Origin: an uncultured Clostridiaceae bacterium
GTDB taxonomy: Bacteria > Bacillota > Clostridia > TANB77 > CAG-508
DNA length: 64,000 nt
Assembly: GCA_947647275.1 (NCBI GenBank)
Contig: CANSJQ010000001.1
Span: 319,046-383,045, forward strand
Direction: 5' to 3'
Shown here: piece by piece, positions 28,808-39,769 of the stretch
How positions within the stretch are numbered: position 1 is the first letter of the stretch
Layout of the letters: every line of letters starts with the position of its first letter
Position numbers and translations under genes: made by a program
Notes under the pieces: generated by a model
Databases searched by the model: none
Seen by the model: only the letters and a program-made list of their open reading frames with translations
Told to the model about the DNA's origin: nothing

Positions 28808-30040
28808 ATGGCAAGAGTTTTAGGAATTATAGCAGAATATAACCCATTTCACAATGGACATCTATATCAAATACAAGAAGCAAAAAAGCAAACAGGTGCA
28901 GATTATGTAGTTGCTGTAATTTCAGGTAACTTTACTCAAAGAGGAAATACTTCTTTAGTAAATAAATGGATAAAAACTGATATGGCATTACAAAGTGGAG
29001 TAGATATTGTAATAGAACTACCAACAGTATATAGTATATCAAGTGCAGAAAATTTTGCTGAAGGAGCAATAAAAATATTAGATAGCTTAAAAATAGTAGA
29101 TACACTTTGCTTTGGAACAGAAACAGCAGATTTTGCAGCACTAAATAATATAGCAAATGTTTTATATAATGAACCAAAAGAATATGTTTCACTTTTAAAT
29201 CATGAATTAGGAAAAGGAGTATCATATCCAAAAGCTAGAGAAAGTGCACTTATGATGTATTTAAATGATATAAAAAGATATGCAAATATATTATCAGGTT
29301 CAAACAATATTCTTGCAATAGAGTATTTAAAAGCATTAAAAAAATTAAAAAGTGGTATGAGACCTTTTTCAGTACAAAGAAAAAAAGTATATTATAATGA
29401 TGAGAAAATAGTTGATGAATTTGCTAGTAGTACAGCTATTAGAAAGTTAGTTTCAAGAGGGCAATATGATGAAATAAGAAAAGTAATTCCAACTAGTTCA
29501 TATATGCTTTTAAAAGAAGAAATAAGAAAAGGAAGTTTTGTTTTAGATATTTTAAAATTTGAAAAAGAAATATTATATAACTTAAGAAAAATGACAATAT
29601 CAGAAATAGCAGAATTACCAGATGTAACAGAAGGACTAGAGCATGTAATAAAAAATGGAGCAGACTCATGTAATAGTATACTAGATTTGATGGATATAGT
29701 AAAATCTAAAAGATATACACAAACCAGAATTCAAAGAATTTTATTATATGCATTACTAGGAATAACAAAAAAAGATATGGTAAATGCAAGAAAAGTCACA
29801 CCATATGTACGAGTATTAGGTTTTAACAAAAATGGTAGAGAAATGTTATCAGAAATATGTAAAGAAAATAGAAGAATAAATATGATAACATCTGTCAAAA
29901 AGTTTGAAGAATTAAATCTTAATAAAGCTTTAAAAGAAATGCTAGATAAAGACATATTTGCAACAAATGTATATACTTTAGGTTATGAATATAATTCAAC
30001 TGCAAATTTAGATTATACAAATAAAATGGTAATAGTATAA
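28808..30040 (+). CDS. tmcAL: tRNA(Met) cytidine acetate ligase TmcAL (YlbM/UPF0348 nucleotidyltransferase)
   Basis: N-terminal HIGH-type motif NPFHNGH and the YlbM-family pattern over 410 aa. Confidence 0.75.
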   Translation: MARVLGIIAEYNPFHNGHLYQIQEAKKQTGADYVVAVISGNFTQRGNTSLVNKWIKTDMALQSGVDIVIELPTVYSISSAENFAEGAIKILDSLKIVDTLCFGTETADFAALNNIANVLYNEPKEYVSLLNHELGKGVSYPKARESALMMYLNDIKRYANILSGSNNILAIEYLKALKKLKSGMRPFSVQRKKVYYNDEKIVDEFASSTAIRKLVSRGQYDEIRKVIPTSSYMLLKEEIRKGSFVLDILKFEKEILYNLRKMTISEIAELPDVTEGLEHVIKNGADSCNSILDLMDIVKSKRYTQTRIQRILLYALLGITKKDMVNARKVTPYVRVLGFNKNGREMLSEICKENRRINMITSVKKFEELNLNKALKEMLDKDIFATNVYTLGYEYNSTANLDYTNKMVIV

Positions 30041-30078
30041 AAAGGATTTAGAATTTTCTAAATCTTTTTTTATACTAT

Positions 30079-30106
30079 TGTAGGGGACGCAGCCATCGGC
30101 GACCCG
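30079..30106 (+). repeat. REP-like element (tgtaggggacgcagccatcggcgacccg)
   Basis: Same head and palindrome as the 21653 copy. Confidence 0.7.
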
Positions 30107-30231
30107 AATAAATTAATGAATTTTATGTATTACAACATTGTTACATTTATTTATCATTTCTATAACAGTATTGAATACCAGATTTTTTTGAAATATAATG
30201 TAAAAAAATGAATTAATCTGGGGGAAATATT

Positions 30232-30987
30232 ATGGAAGAGACATTTGCAAACTATATTTTAAAAGAAGAAGATTGGATTCGAAAAATGGAAATTATGTAT
30301 TATTTAGAGAAAAAAGGACAAGTATTCTTCGATAAATCTGTTATATTAAAAACAGAACTTGCAAAGTTATTTATAGATATAATGGAAATTAAAGAAGTAG
30401 ATGAAAACATAGTACTAACAGCATGCCTTTTATGTAATTGTAAAAAGCCAATGAATTTTACAGATATTTCAAGAGTAAAACAATATGCTAAAGATGGAGC
30501 TAACTATTTAGAACGCTTAGGTTTTGAAAAAAGATTTTGTAAAATATGTGAAGAAGTTAATAGGTATACAGGAAGCACAAAAAGAGAAAAAGAAAGTGAC
30601 ATATTAGAACTAGTAGACCATTTTGGAGGAATGCTTTTAGATAGATTTGATAGAATGGCTTTTAACCCAGATGAAGCTTTACTATTATTAGAATATAGAA
30701 ATTTGAAAAATAAACAAAATATATATTTAGATAAATTTAATAAATTCATAGAAGAAATACAAAGAGTACATATTGGCTTACACAGAAGTATGGAATATTT
30801 ATCAAAATTAATAAATACTTCTAGAACAACCAAAATAGCAATGGTAAATGCATATAACTCTGAACTTGATATAAAAAAAGCTTTAGAAGAATTAAGAAAT
30901 AAGCAAGAAGATAAAATAGACGAAGGACCTATAAATATAAAAATAAAACCAGAAGAAATAGAAACAATAGTATTAAAAAGAAGTTAG
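30232..30987 (+). CDS. Hypothetical protein
   Basis: 251-aa ORF. Translationally close (8 nt) to the downstream PHP-domain gene. Confidence 0.45.
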   Translation: MEETFANYILKEEDWIRKMEIMYYLEKKGQVFFDKSVILKTELAKLFIDIMEIKEVDENIVLTACLLCNCKKPMNFTDISRVKQYAKDGANYLERLGFEKRFCKICEEVNRYTGSTKREKESDILELVDHFGGMLLDRFDRMAFNPDEALLLLEYRNLKNKQNIYLDKFNKFIEEIQRVHIGLHRSMEYLSKLINTSRTTKIAMVNAYNSELDIKKALEELRNKQEDKIDEGPINIKIKPEEIETIVLKRS

Positions 30988-30995
30988 GAGAAAAC

Positions 30996-32183
30996 ATGAA
31001 CGAAGTATTTGCAGATTTACACATACACATAGGAAGAAGCGAAAAGGGAAAACCAATAAAAATAACAGCGGCAAGGTCTTTAAACTTTGCAAACATAGCA
31101 AAGGAATGCTATGACAGAAAAGGTATACAAATATGTGGAATTATAGATTGTGCATCACCATATGTAATAGAAGATATAGAAAACTTTTTAAAAACAGGTG
31201 AAGCCTATGAAATAGAAGAGGGAGGAATAATATATAAAGATAAAGTGTGTATATTATTAGGAAGTGAAGTAGAAACCTCAGAAATAGGAAGAAATGGACA
31301 CAAAGGCGCAGCACATAATGTATGCTTCTTCCCACACTTAAAAGACATAAAAGGCTTTTCAGAAGAAATGAGCCACCATATAAAAAATATAACATTAAGT
31401 ACACAAAGGTCAGATTTGTCAGGATATGAATTAATAGACATAGTAGAAAAATATAATGGAGTACTAATACCAGCTCATGTATTCACACCACACAAAAGTT
31501 ACTATGGAAACTGTGTAGATAGCTTAAAAGAGATATTCAAAGAAAAATTCAATAAAATATTTGCAATAGAACTAGGCTTAAGCTCAGATACATTTTTAGC
31601 AGACACAATATCAGAATTAGAAACAAAAACATTTGTGACAAATTCAGATGCACACTCACTACCAAAAATAGCAAGAGAATACAACAAGTTGCAAGTAGAA
31701 GATATATCATTCAAAGAAGTAGTAAAAGCACTAAAAAATGAAGAAGGAAGAAAAGTAGTAGCAAACTATGGTTTAGACCCAAAGCTAGGAAAATACCATA
31801 GAACATATTGTGACAATTGCGAAAATACAATAGAAACAAAAGAGCCAGTAAGTATATGCCCAAAATGTGAAAGTGAAAAAGTAACCTTTGGAGTATTTGA
31901 CAGAATAGAACTAATAAAAGATAAAAAAGAAACAAAAAGCCCAAAAACAAGGCCACCCTACATATACCAAGTACCACTAGGTTTTATACCAGGAGTAGGA
32001 GCAAAAGTAATAGAAAAATTACTAAATAAATTTGGAACTGAAATGACAATATTGCACAAACTATCAAAAGATGACATAGAAGCAGTAGTAGGAGAAAAAA
32101 TAGCAAATAAAATAGAAGAAGCAAGAACAGGCCACGCCAAAATAGAAGTAGGCGGTGGAGGAGTTTACGGTAAAGTAAAATAA
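30996..32183 (+). CDS. PHP-domain protein with C4 zinc ribbon and C-terminal helix-hairpin-helix (TIGR00375/endonuclease Q-like)
   Basis: DLHIHIG PHP motif. CDNCEN...CPKCES zinc ribbon. LGFIPGVGAKVIEKLL HhH. Confidence 0.55.
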   Translation: MNEVFADLHIHIGRSEKGKPIKITAARSLNFANIAKECYDRKGIQICGIIDCASPYVIEDIENFLKTGEAYEIEEGGIIYKDKVCILLGSEVETSEIGRNGHKGAAHNVCFFPHLKDIKGFSEEMSHHIKNITLSTQRSDLSGYELIDIVEKYNGVLIPAHVFTPHKSYYGNCVDSLKEIFKEKFNKIFAIELGLSSDTFLADTISELETKTFVTNSDAHSLPKIAREYNKLQVEDISFKEVVKALKNEEGRKVVANYGLDPKLGKYHRTYCDNCENTIETKEPVSICPKCESEKVTFGVFDRIELIKDKKETKSPKTRPPYIYQVPLGFIPGVGAKVIEKLLNKFGTEMTILHKLSKDDIEAVVGEKIANKIEEARTGHAKIEVGGGGVYGKVK

Positions 32184-32322
32184 GAAAGAGTTAGAACATG
32201 TAAAAAAAGTTTACTTATTAAGAAGAAAATTTTTAACATGTCCTAATTCTTTCATAATTTTTGTTCTAAAAACTTTCTTTATGGAATACACATTATGTAG
32301 AAACTGCGAAAGGAGAAAGTTT

Positions 32323-32970
32323 ATGAGAAAACAAGAGAAAAATGGTTCTAAAATAATTGCAATAGTTAAGGAACATTTCAAGAAAAATATAAAAGAATAT
32401 TTAATAGTATCACTAATATTTTTAATAGGAATAATTATTGGTGTTACATTTATAAACAACATAAGTGAAGAACAACAAAATCAAACTAATGAGTATATAA
32501 AATCATTTACACAAGCTTTAAACACAAATTATGAAATAGACTCAGCTAGTTTATTAAGAAGTTCCATAGTAAGTAATTTATTACTAGCAATAACATTATG
32601 GTTTATAGGTTCAACTGTAGTAGGAATACCAATTGTATATTTAATTATAGGAATAAGAGGATTTAGTTTAGGATATACAATATCTTCAATTATGATAACC
32701 TTTCCGATGTTTAAAGGAACTTGGTTTTGTATAGCATCTTTATTATTACAAAATATAATATATATACCATGTATATTAGCACTTGGGGTAAGTGGAATGA
32801 AATTATATAAATCTATTATAAAAGACAAGAGAAAAGAAAATATAAAAGTTGAGATATTAAGGCATACAATATTTTCTGCTTTTATAGCAATTTTATTGGT
32901 AGTAGCATCATTTGTAGAAGTTTACGCTTCTAGTAATATAGTTTCTTTATGTATAAAAATGTTTGTGTAA
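32323..32970 (+). CDS. spoIIM: Stage II sporulation protein M
   Basis: 215-aa polytopic membrane protein with the SpoIIM/DUF95 pattern. Conserved position upstream of xerD. Confidence 0.7.
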   Translation: MRKQEKNGSKIIAIVKEHFKKNIKEYLIVSLIFLIGIIIGVTFINNISEEQQNQTNEYIKSFTQALNTNYEIDSASLLRSSIVSNLLLAITLWFIGSTVVGIPIVYLIIGIRGFSLGYTISSIMITFPMFKGTWFCIASLLLQNIIYIPCILALGVSGMKLYKSIIKDKRKENIKVEILRHTIFSAFIAILLVVASFVEVYASSNIVSLCIKMFV

Positions 32971-33082
32971 AAATAAAAAATAAAAAAATTTACAAAAAAC
33001 TCTTTACAATTCCAAACTAATTTGATATAACATATACAGTTTACGTAAGTTAAAAAAATATATAGGATAGGGGAGCTAAATA

Positions 33083-33964
33083 ATGGAAAAACAAGTTAAA
33101 CTTTTTTTGGAATTTCTTCAAAATGATAAGAAAGTATCAGATAATACTTTACAATCTTACAGAAGAGATATTGTGTATTTTACCAAATATGTAGAAGAAG
33201 GTAATATGAACTATGCAAAACTAGATGAACAAGATATTAAAGATTATCTACAACATTTACAAGAAGTAGGAAAAAAATCTTCAACAGTATCAAGACATTT
33301 AGCATCAATAAGATCTTTTTATCAATTTTTAGTAAAAAATAAAAAGGTAAAAGTAGATCCAACAAATAATATTCAATCACCAAAAGTTGAAAAAAGAACA
33401 CCAAGTGTATTAACAGCACAAGAGGTTGAATTATTATTAGAACAACCAAAAGATATAGATTTAAAAGGGACTAGAGATAAAGCAATGTTAGAATTTGCAT
33501 ATGCTACTGGAATGAGAGTAACAGAAATAATATCTCTAAATATAGAAGATGTAAACTTAGAAGAAGGATATGTAGTATGTAAAACAGGTTCTAAAGAAAG
33601 AAATATTCCTTTAGGAACAATGTCTTTAAAAGCTTTAAAAGAATATGCAGAAGAAGCAAGACCAGTATTAATCAGAGATGAAAGTGTATCAGCATTATTC
33701 GTTAATATAAATGGTCAAAGATTAACAAGACAAGGTTTCTGGAAAATAGTTAAATTCTATAAAGAACAAGCTCATATTACAAAAGATATAACACCACACG
33801 TATTAAGACATTCATTTGCAACACATCTTTTACAAAATGGAGCAGACCTAAAAGCAATACAAACAATGTTAGGTCATTCAGACATATCTTCAACACAAGT
33901 ATATATGCAATTCCAAAATGATGGTTTAAAAAGTGTATATAAAAATGCTCACCCAAGAGCATAA
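33083..33964 (+). CDS. xerD: Tyrosine site-specific recombinase XerD
   Basis: Phage-integrase N-terminal SAM-like domain plus the catalytic R...HxLRH...Y block (HVLRHSFATHLL, LGHSDISSTQVY). Confidence 0.9.
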   Translation: MEKQVKLFLEFLQNDKKVSDNTLQSYRRDIVYFTKYVEEGNMNYAKLDEQDIKDYLQHLQEVGKKSSTVSRHLASIRSFYQFLVKNKKVKVDPTNNIQSPKVEKRTPSVLTAQEVELLLEQPKDIDLKGTRDKAMLEFAYATGMRVTEIISLNIEDVNLEEGYVVCKTGSKERNIPLGTMSLKALKEYAEEARPVLIRDESVSALFVNINGQRLTRQGFWKIVKFYKEQAHITKDITPHVLRHSFATHLLQNGADLKAIQTMLGHSDISSTQVYMQFQNDGLKSVYKNAHPRA

Positions 33965-34052
33965 TACAAAGAAAGGATATTAAGTACAAAAACTAAATAT
34001 CCTCTTTTGTTTTTGAAGTTTAAATAATAGAAAAGAGAAGGGAACATAGGAT

Positions 34053-34871
34053 ATGAATGAGAAGTTAAGAGTACAATTTCGAGAATTTGGGGGAATAACA
34101 ATAATTTCACTAGTAATAACAATAATAATACTAATCATTTTAGCAGGTGTAGCAATATATTTAAGCTTAGGAAATAATGGAATATTTACAAGAGCAAAGC
34201 AAGCAAAAGAATTAACAAATAAGCAAGAAGCAACAGAAATAATAAACCTAAAAATAACAACAGCACAAATGAATAAATATGCAGAAAAACAAGAAATGCT
34301 AACATTAAAAGAATTATCAGAAATATTAAGAGATGATAGTGAAATAGAATATGTGACAGAGAAAAGTAAAGTAGCAGTAGCAGAATATGATGTACCTAGT
34401 ACAAATCCAACATCAATATATACGAAATTAAAAAAATATCCATATGAGTTTGAGATAAATAAAAGCTTTCAATTAGCAAGTATAAATGGAGAAGCACTAA
34501 TTAATAATACACAGAACAATAAAAATGAGGTAATAGAAATTGAATATATACAAGGAACGATAATTACACATAGTGGTGGAAACACATATATAAAATATAA
34601 TAATTTATCTGAATATAATATTCTTACAATAGAGTCAAGAACTAGAACTGGTGTTGTAGGTGCAACCTATTATCAAATTATAGGTTATTATAAAAATGAT
34701 GAAGGAAAAATTGTTGAAGAAAATGTATTATATACAACTGAGCCAAGTAATTCATTAGAAACATATAATATTAGTAAATACGAAAGCATTAGTATAAATA
34801 TTGTTTGTACTGCTGGTGGAGGATCAACTTCATTTGAAAACTATTATTTTAATAATATAAGAATATTTTGA
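34053..34871 (+). CDS. Hypothetical protein with prepilin-like N-terminal hydrophobic segment
   Basis: FGGITIISLVITIIILIILAGVAIY resembles a class III signal/pilin N-terminus but lacks the +5 Glu. Flanked by direct repeats of the xerD 3' end. Confidence 0.35.
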   Translation: MNEKLRVQFREFGGITIISLVITIIILIILAGVAIYLSLGNNGIFTRAKQAKELTNKQEATEIINLKITTAQMNKYAEKQEMLTLKELSEILRDDSEIEYVTEKSKVAVAEYDVPSTNPTSIYTKLKKYPYEFEINKSFQLASINGEALINNTQNNKNEVIEIEYIQGTIITHSGGNTYIKYNNLSEYNILTIESRTRTGVVGATYYQIIGYYKNDEGKIVEENVLYTTEPSNSLETYNISKYESISINIVCTAGGGSTSFENYYFNNIRIF

Positions 34872-35146
34872 GATGAAATTTAAAATGTCTAAATATATAA
34901 GTATATATATAAATGCTCACCCAAGTGCATAAAAAATTCAGCCAAAGCTGAATTTTTTTATGTGTAATCTTTAAAGAATTGCTAAAAATTCAAATTCCAA
35001 CATCATGTTTTTTTACTAAACCCCTTGACACTTTCTGATAATAAATATAAAATAGAATAGGAGACAAAAATATATTTTAAAAAATAAAAAAACATATATT
35101 ATATATTTATGTACATTGAAAATTAAATAAGAAAGAGGTGTAAATT

Positions 35147-36688
35147 ATGGATATCATAATTAATATCGCCATATTTCTAATCTCAGCAGTAATATTTACA
35201 TTTGTAGGTGTATTTATTAGAAAAAAAATAGCTGAATCTAAAATGAAAAGTGCAGAAAATGAAGCTAAAAGAATAATAGAACTAGCAAATAAAGAGGCAG
35301 AAAATAGAAGGAAAGAGGAAATTTATAAAGCACAAGAAGAAATAATGTCTTCTAGAAAAGAGCTAGATCAAGAGATTAGAGAAAGAAGAGGCGAAGTACA
35401 AAGACAAGAAAATCGTTTAATTCAAAAAGAAGAAAACTTAGAAAACAAAATTAATATGTTAGAAAGAAAAGAAAAAGATTTACAATTAAAAATGGAACAA
35501 AATGAAGTAAAAAATAGAGAATTAGATGAATTAAAAGAAAAAGGAATGGAAGAGCTACAAAGAATTTCAAGATTATCTCAAGAAGAAGCAAAAAAATGGC
35601 TTTTATCAGAAATGGAAAAACAAATAACAGTTGAAAAAGCAAACCTATTAAAAGAAATGGAACAAAAAGCAAAAGAAACAGCAGATAAGAGCGCAAAAGA
35701 AATTATAGGTTATGCTATTCAAAAATGTGCAGCAGATCATACATCTGAAACAACAGTATCAATAGTATCACTTCCAAATGACGATATGAAAGGAAGAATT
35801 ATTGGTAGAGAAGGAAGAAATATAAAAACACTAGAAACCTTAACTGGAATAGACCTAATAATAGATGATACACCAGAAGCAGTAGTAATTTCAGGTTTTG
35901 ACCCATTAAGAAGAGAAATTGCAAAAATGGCACTAGAAAAACTAATAAATGATGGAAGAATTCATCCAGCTAAAATAGAAGAAATGGTTGAAAAATCAAG
36001 AGAAGAACTAGAGCAAACAATTAAAGAAGAAGGCGAAAGAGCAGCTATGGAAGCAGGAGTTGTAGGGCTTCATCCAGACATAATAAAACTATTAGGAAAG
36101 CTAAAATATAGGACAAGCTATGGTCAAAATGTATTAAATCATTCAGTAGAAGTCTCAAACTTAGCTAGAATAATGGCAGAAGAATTAGGTTTAGACCCTA
36201 AAGTTGCAAGAAGAGCAGGACTATTACATGATATAGGAAAAGCATTAGATCATGATATGGAAGGAACACATGTTGAAATAGGTGTAGATATTCTAAGAAA
36301 ATATAAAGAAAATGAAATAGTAATAAATGCAGTAGAAGCTCATCATGGAGATGTAGAACCACAAACAATAGAAGCTATACTTGTACAAGCAGCAGATGCA
36401 ATTTCAGCATCAAGACCAGGAGCAAGAAGAGAAACCTTAGAAGCATACATTAAAAGATTACAACAACTAGAAGAAATTGCAGACTCATTTGAAGGAGTAG
36501 ACAAATCTTTTGCAATACAAGCTGGTAGAGAAATAAGAATAATAGTAAAACCAGATAAAATAACAGATAGTGAAATGACATTAATGGCAAGAGACATAGC
36601 TAAAAAAGTAGAAGGCGAAATGGATTACCCAGGACAAATAAAAGTAAATGTAATAAGAGAAACAAGAGTAGTAGATTACGCCAAATAA
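35147..36688 (+). CDS. rny: Ribonuclease Y
   Basis: N-terminal TM, coiled coil, KH domain ([11 protein letters not shown]), HD domain (HDIGK). Confidence 0.95.
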   Translation: MDIIINIAIFLISAVIFTFVGVFIRKKIAESKMKSAENEAKRIIELANKEAENRRKEEIYKAQEEIMSSRKELDQEIRERRGEVQRQENRLIQKEENLENKINMLERKEKDLQLKMEQNEVKNRELDELKEKGMEELQRISRLSQEEAKKWLLSEMEKQITVEKANLLKEMEQKAKETADKSAKEIIGYAIQKCAADHTSETTVSIVSLPNDDMKGRIIGREGRNIKTLETLTGIDLIIDDTPEAVVISGFDPLRREIAKMALEKLINDGRIHPAKIEEMVEKSREELEQTIKEEGERAAMEAGVVGLHPDIIKLLGKLKYRTSYGQNVLNHSVEVSNLARIMAEELGLDPKVARRAGLLHDIGKALDHDMEGTHVEIGVDILRKYKENEIVINAVEAHHGDVEPQTIEAILVQAADAISASRPGARRETLEAYIKRLQQLEEIADSFEGVDKSFAIQAGREIRIIVKPDKITDSEMTLMARDIAKKVEGEMDYPGQIKVNVIRETRVVDYAK

Positions 36689-36695
36689 AAAACAA

Positions 36696-36740
36696 GAATA
36701 AAAAATGCTAGGCTAAAAAATAGCCTAGCATTTTTTATTT
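36696..36740 (+). terminator. rny terminator
   Basis: aaaaatgctaggctaaaaaatagcctagcattttttattttttt. Confidence 0.75.
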
Positions 36741-36830
36741 TTTTCTTAAAATTTTCTTAAAAAACCTTTTAATTTTAACTAATATATAATATAATGTAAC
36801 ATATAAAATTTTGTGCTAAGGAGGAATAAA

Positions 36831-39464
36831 ATGGGTACAAATAATAAGAAAAAAAGAACAACTAAAAAAGGAAAAAATGAAGTAGAAAAAACAAAAAAAT
36901 ATGAAACAAAAAAAGTAAATAAAAAGAATAAAAAAAGTAGAAAAATCTTAAAGAAAGTATTACTTGGACTTATTATTTTTGGAGTAATAGCAGCTACTAT
37001 ATTAGTTGCAGTAGTAATAGGTATATTTTCAAGTGACAAATATAAAGTAGACCCAAAAGAAGTACATGTTGAAAATGGAAATAGTCAAGTTGTAGATGCA
37101 GAAGGAAATGTACTTGCAATAATAAGAGGGGATGAAAATAGAAAATTAGTAACCTTAGAAGAAATGCCAGAATATTTACCAAAAATGTTTGTTGCATTAG
37201 AAGATGAGAGATTTTATTCTCATAAAGGAATAGACATAAAAAGAACAATTGGAGCTACAGTTGGTTTTATATTTGGAAAAGGTAGTTCTTCATATGGTGG
37301 AAGTACAATAACACAACAATTAATAAAAAATTCATTTGAAGATAATGAAAGTTCAGGATTAGGTGGAATTCAAAGAAAAATAAGAGAAATGGCTCGTGCA
37401 CGTAATACAGAAAAGGTACTATCTAAAAACGAAATATTAGAATCATATTTAAACTTAATACTAATGGGTGGAACATATTATGGAGTTGGTGCAGCATCAC
37501 AATATTATTTTGATAAAGATGTCAGTCAGTTATCACTTGCAGAATCAGCCTTTTTAGTAGCGATAAATCCATCACCTAATGCATACAAAGCATTTAGTAC
37601 AGAACAAAAAGATATAGATAAAATAAAAAATAAAACTAAAGTAGTTTTAGCTAAATTTAAGGAAGAAGCTCCTAATTTAGAATACGAATTAACAGAAGAA
37701 GCATATAATACAGCAGTAGCTGAAGTTGAAACAGGTTTAGCCTTTAAAGAAGGAAGAATGGTAACAGGTGCGACTTCATACTCATATCATACAGCAGCAG
37801 CAATAGAACAAGCAATAAGTCAATTAATGGAAGAAAAAGGTTTAAAAAGAGATGCAGCAGAATTAGCTATTAGAAATAATGGATATATTATACACTCAAC
37901 ACAAATAACTTCAATACAACAAATAATGGAAGCAGAATATGTAAAAGATAGATATATAGTAAATGGAAAAGAAAAAGACAAAAATGGAAAATTATTAAAT
38001 GAAGGTCATACACAATCTGCTATGGTTATAATAGAGCCAACTACTGGTTATGTAGTAGGATGTATGGGTGGCTTAGGAACAGATTCAAATGCAGCAGGAA
38101 TAAATAGAGCAACAACCAGCAACAAACAACCAGGTTCATCAATAAAACCAATAGGTGTTGTAGCACCAGCATTAGAAGCAGGAACTATAACAGCAGCAAC
38201 AGTATATGATGACTCAGCAACAGTATTTAAAGGAGGATATAATCCACATAACTCAGGAGGATTCAATGGCCTTCTTACTGTAAGACACGCAATTGAACAT
38301 TCTTCAAATATTGTTAATATTAAAATACTTTTAGATTTAGGCCCAAGTAAAGGCGCAGAATTTTTGAGAAACATGAATTTTAAAAGAATATCAGATGATG
38401 ATATAGGAGCTTCGTTTGCGTTAGGAGCAACAAGCGCAACACCACTTGAAATGGCATCAGCATACGCAATGGTAGCAAATGATGGTGTATATATAGAGCC
38501 AACATTCTATACTAAAGTAGAAGATTCAGAAGGAAATGTTGTATTAGAAGCAAAACAAGATACAAAACGAATTATGAGTACAGAAAATGCATATGTATTA
38601 AAAGAGATTTTAACAGCACCAGTAACTGGAGCAGGAGGAACAGCTACAACTTGTTGGATAAAAGGAATGGAAGTTGGAGCAAAAACAGGTTCAACAGATA
38701 AATACAAAGACAGATGGTTATGTGGAATAACACCATATTATGCAGCCGCTACTTGGTTTGGATTTGATAATCAAGAAAGACCACAAGGAATAAGCGGAAA
38801 TGCAGCAGCAACTATTTGGGGAAATGTTATGAGAAGTGTTCATACAAATCTTCCAAGTAAACGTTTCACAAAACCAGCAGGAGTTGTAACAGCTAAAATA
38901 TGTTTAGACTCAGGTTGTGTTGCAACCGAAAGTTGTGCAAGAACAGAAACAGAATATTTTGTAAAAGGAACAGTTCCAGGAGCATGTGAAGGACATCAAA
39001 AATTAAAAATATGTAAAGAAACAGGTAAAATAGCTAATGAATATTGTAAAGAAGTTGAAGAAAAAACATTTTTAACAAAACCTGCAAAAGAAAATACATC
39101 ATTATGGACAACAAATGCAGGAGACAAATATAATGTACCAACAGAAAATTGCGATGTTCATAAAGCACCAGAAAAGAAAGAAGTAGAAGTTCCAAATGTA
39201 ATAGGAAAAAAATTAGCAGATGCTAAAAAAGCATTAGAGGCAAAAGGATTAAAAGTAGAAATAGTATATGAAGAAAATAAAAATAAAGATGACGGAATAG
39301 TACTAAAACAAAGCAAAGAAGAAAAAACAAAAGTGGAAGAAGGAACAACAATAACAATAACTGTAAATAAAAAGAAAAACAAACCACAAAACGAAGAAGA
39401 ACTACCAGAAAACACAGTTGATACAAATACAGAGAATAACACTAATAATACAACAGTTAATTAA
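36831..39464 (+). CDS. ponA: Class A penicillin-binding protein 1A (glycosyltransferase plus transpeptidase plus C-terminal PASTA)
   Basis: EDERFYSHKGID and GGSTITQQ glycosyltransferase motifs. SSIKP, SSN and KTGST transpeptidase motifs. PASTA VPNVIGKKLADAKKALEAKGLKV. Confidence 0.9.
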   Translation: MGTNNKKKRTTKKGKNEVEKTKKYETKKVNKKNKKSRKILKKVLLGLIIFGVIAATILVAVVIGIFSSDKYKVDPKEVHVENGNSQVVDAEGNVLAIIRGDENRKLVTLEEMPEYLPKMFVALEDERFYSHKGIDIKRTIGATVGFIFGKGSSSYGGSTITQQLIKNSFEDNESSGLGGIQRKIREMARARNTEKVLSKNEILESYLNLILMGGTYYGVGAASQYYFDKDVSQLSLAESAFLVAINPSPNAYKAFSTEQKDIDKIKNKTKVVLAKFKEEAPNLEYELTEEAYNTAVAEVETGLAFKEGRMVTGATSYSYHTAAAIEQAISQLMEEKGLKRDAAELAIRNNGYIIHSTQITSIQQIMEAEYVKDRYIVNGKEKDKNGKLLNEGHTQSAMVIIEPTTGYVVGCMGGLGTDSNAAGINRATTSNKQPGSSIKPIGVVAPALEAGTITAATVYDDSATVFKGGYNPHNSGGFNGLLTVRHAIEHSSNIVNIKILLDLGPSKGAEFLRNMNFKRISDDDIGASFALGATSATPLEMASAYAMVANDGVYIEPTFYTKVEDSEGNVVLEAKQDTKRIMSTENAYVLKEILTAPVTGAGGTATTCWIKGMEVGAKTGSTDKYKDRWLCGITPYYAAATWFGFDNQERPQGISGNAAATIWGNVMRSVHTNLPSKRFTKPAGVVTAKICLDSGCVATESCARTETEYFVKGTVPGACEGHQKLKICKETGKIANEYCKEVEEKTFLTKPAKENTSLWTTNAGDKYNVPTENCDVHKAPEKKEVEVPNVIGKKLADAKKALEAKGLKVEIVYEENKNKDDGIVLKQSKEEKTKVEEGTTITITVNKKKNKPQNEEELPENTVDTNTENNTNNTTVN

Positions 39465-39488
39465 AAATAATAGATAAATGTAAATAGT

Positions 39489-39532
39489 TGTAGGGGCGCA
39501 GCCTTTTGCGACCTGCACTTCGAATGAATTAC
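39489..39532 (+). repeat. REP-like element (tgtaggggcgcagccttttgcgacctgcacttcgaatgaattac)
   Basis: Family member. The 3' tail CTTCGAA..AATTAC is shared with the 41187, 45301 and 46519 copies. Confidence 0.7.
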
Positions 39533-39544
39533 TTAAAATAATCT

Positions 39545-39665
39545 ACCTTATGTGTTTGTATATATTAAAATAAAAATCGAAACGTCCAAGACAAGGGGTA
39601 TTCAACAACCTTAGAAGGACTGTCGGGATTCAATTTTGATTTTAATATATACAAACACATAAGGT
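39545..39665. mobile_element. MITE-like 121-bp element, copy 1. About 35-bp terminal inverted repeats ACCTTATGTGTTTGTATATATTAAAATAAAAATCGAA.
   Basis: Second copy at 41258..41378 with the same TIRs and a related GC-richer core (ccaagacaagggg / ccaggacaaggggg). Confidence 0.65.
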
Positions 39666-39712
39666 TACTCTACAAATTCTAATTACTACTATTATTATTG
39701 TTAGATTTAAGA

Positions 39713-39754
39713 TGTAGGGGTAGGCGCTTTAAGTCTACCAAAACTTCGAAGAAA
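39713..39754 (+). repeat. REP-like element (tgtaggggtaggcgctttaagtctacc aaaacttcgaagaaa), 16 nt upstream of the cysS RBS
   Basis: TGTAGGGG head, GGTAG/CTACC stem, CTTCGAAGAAA tail. Confidence 0.65.
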
Positions 39755-39769
39755 GGAGAAAAAACGTAA

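Noticed and set aside
39480-39769. Expected T-box leader upstream of cysS
   Set aside because: No AGGGTGGNACCGCG T-box sequence or specifier/antiterminator arrangement is present. The region is occupied by REP-like and MITE-like repeats.
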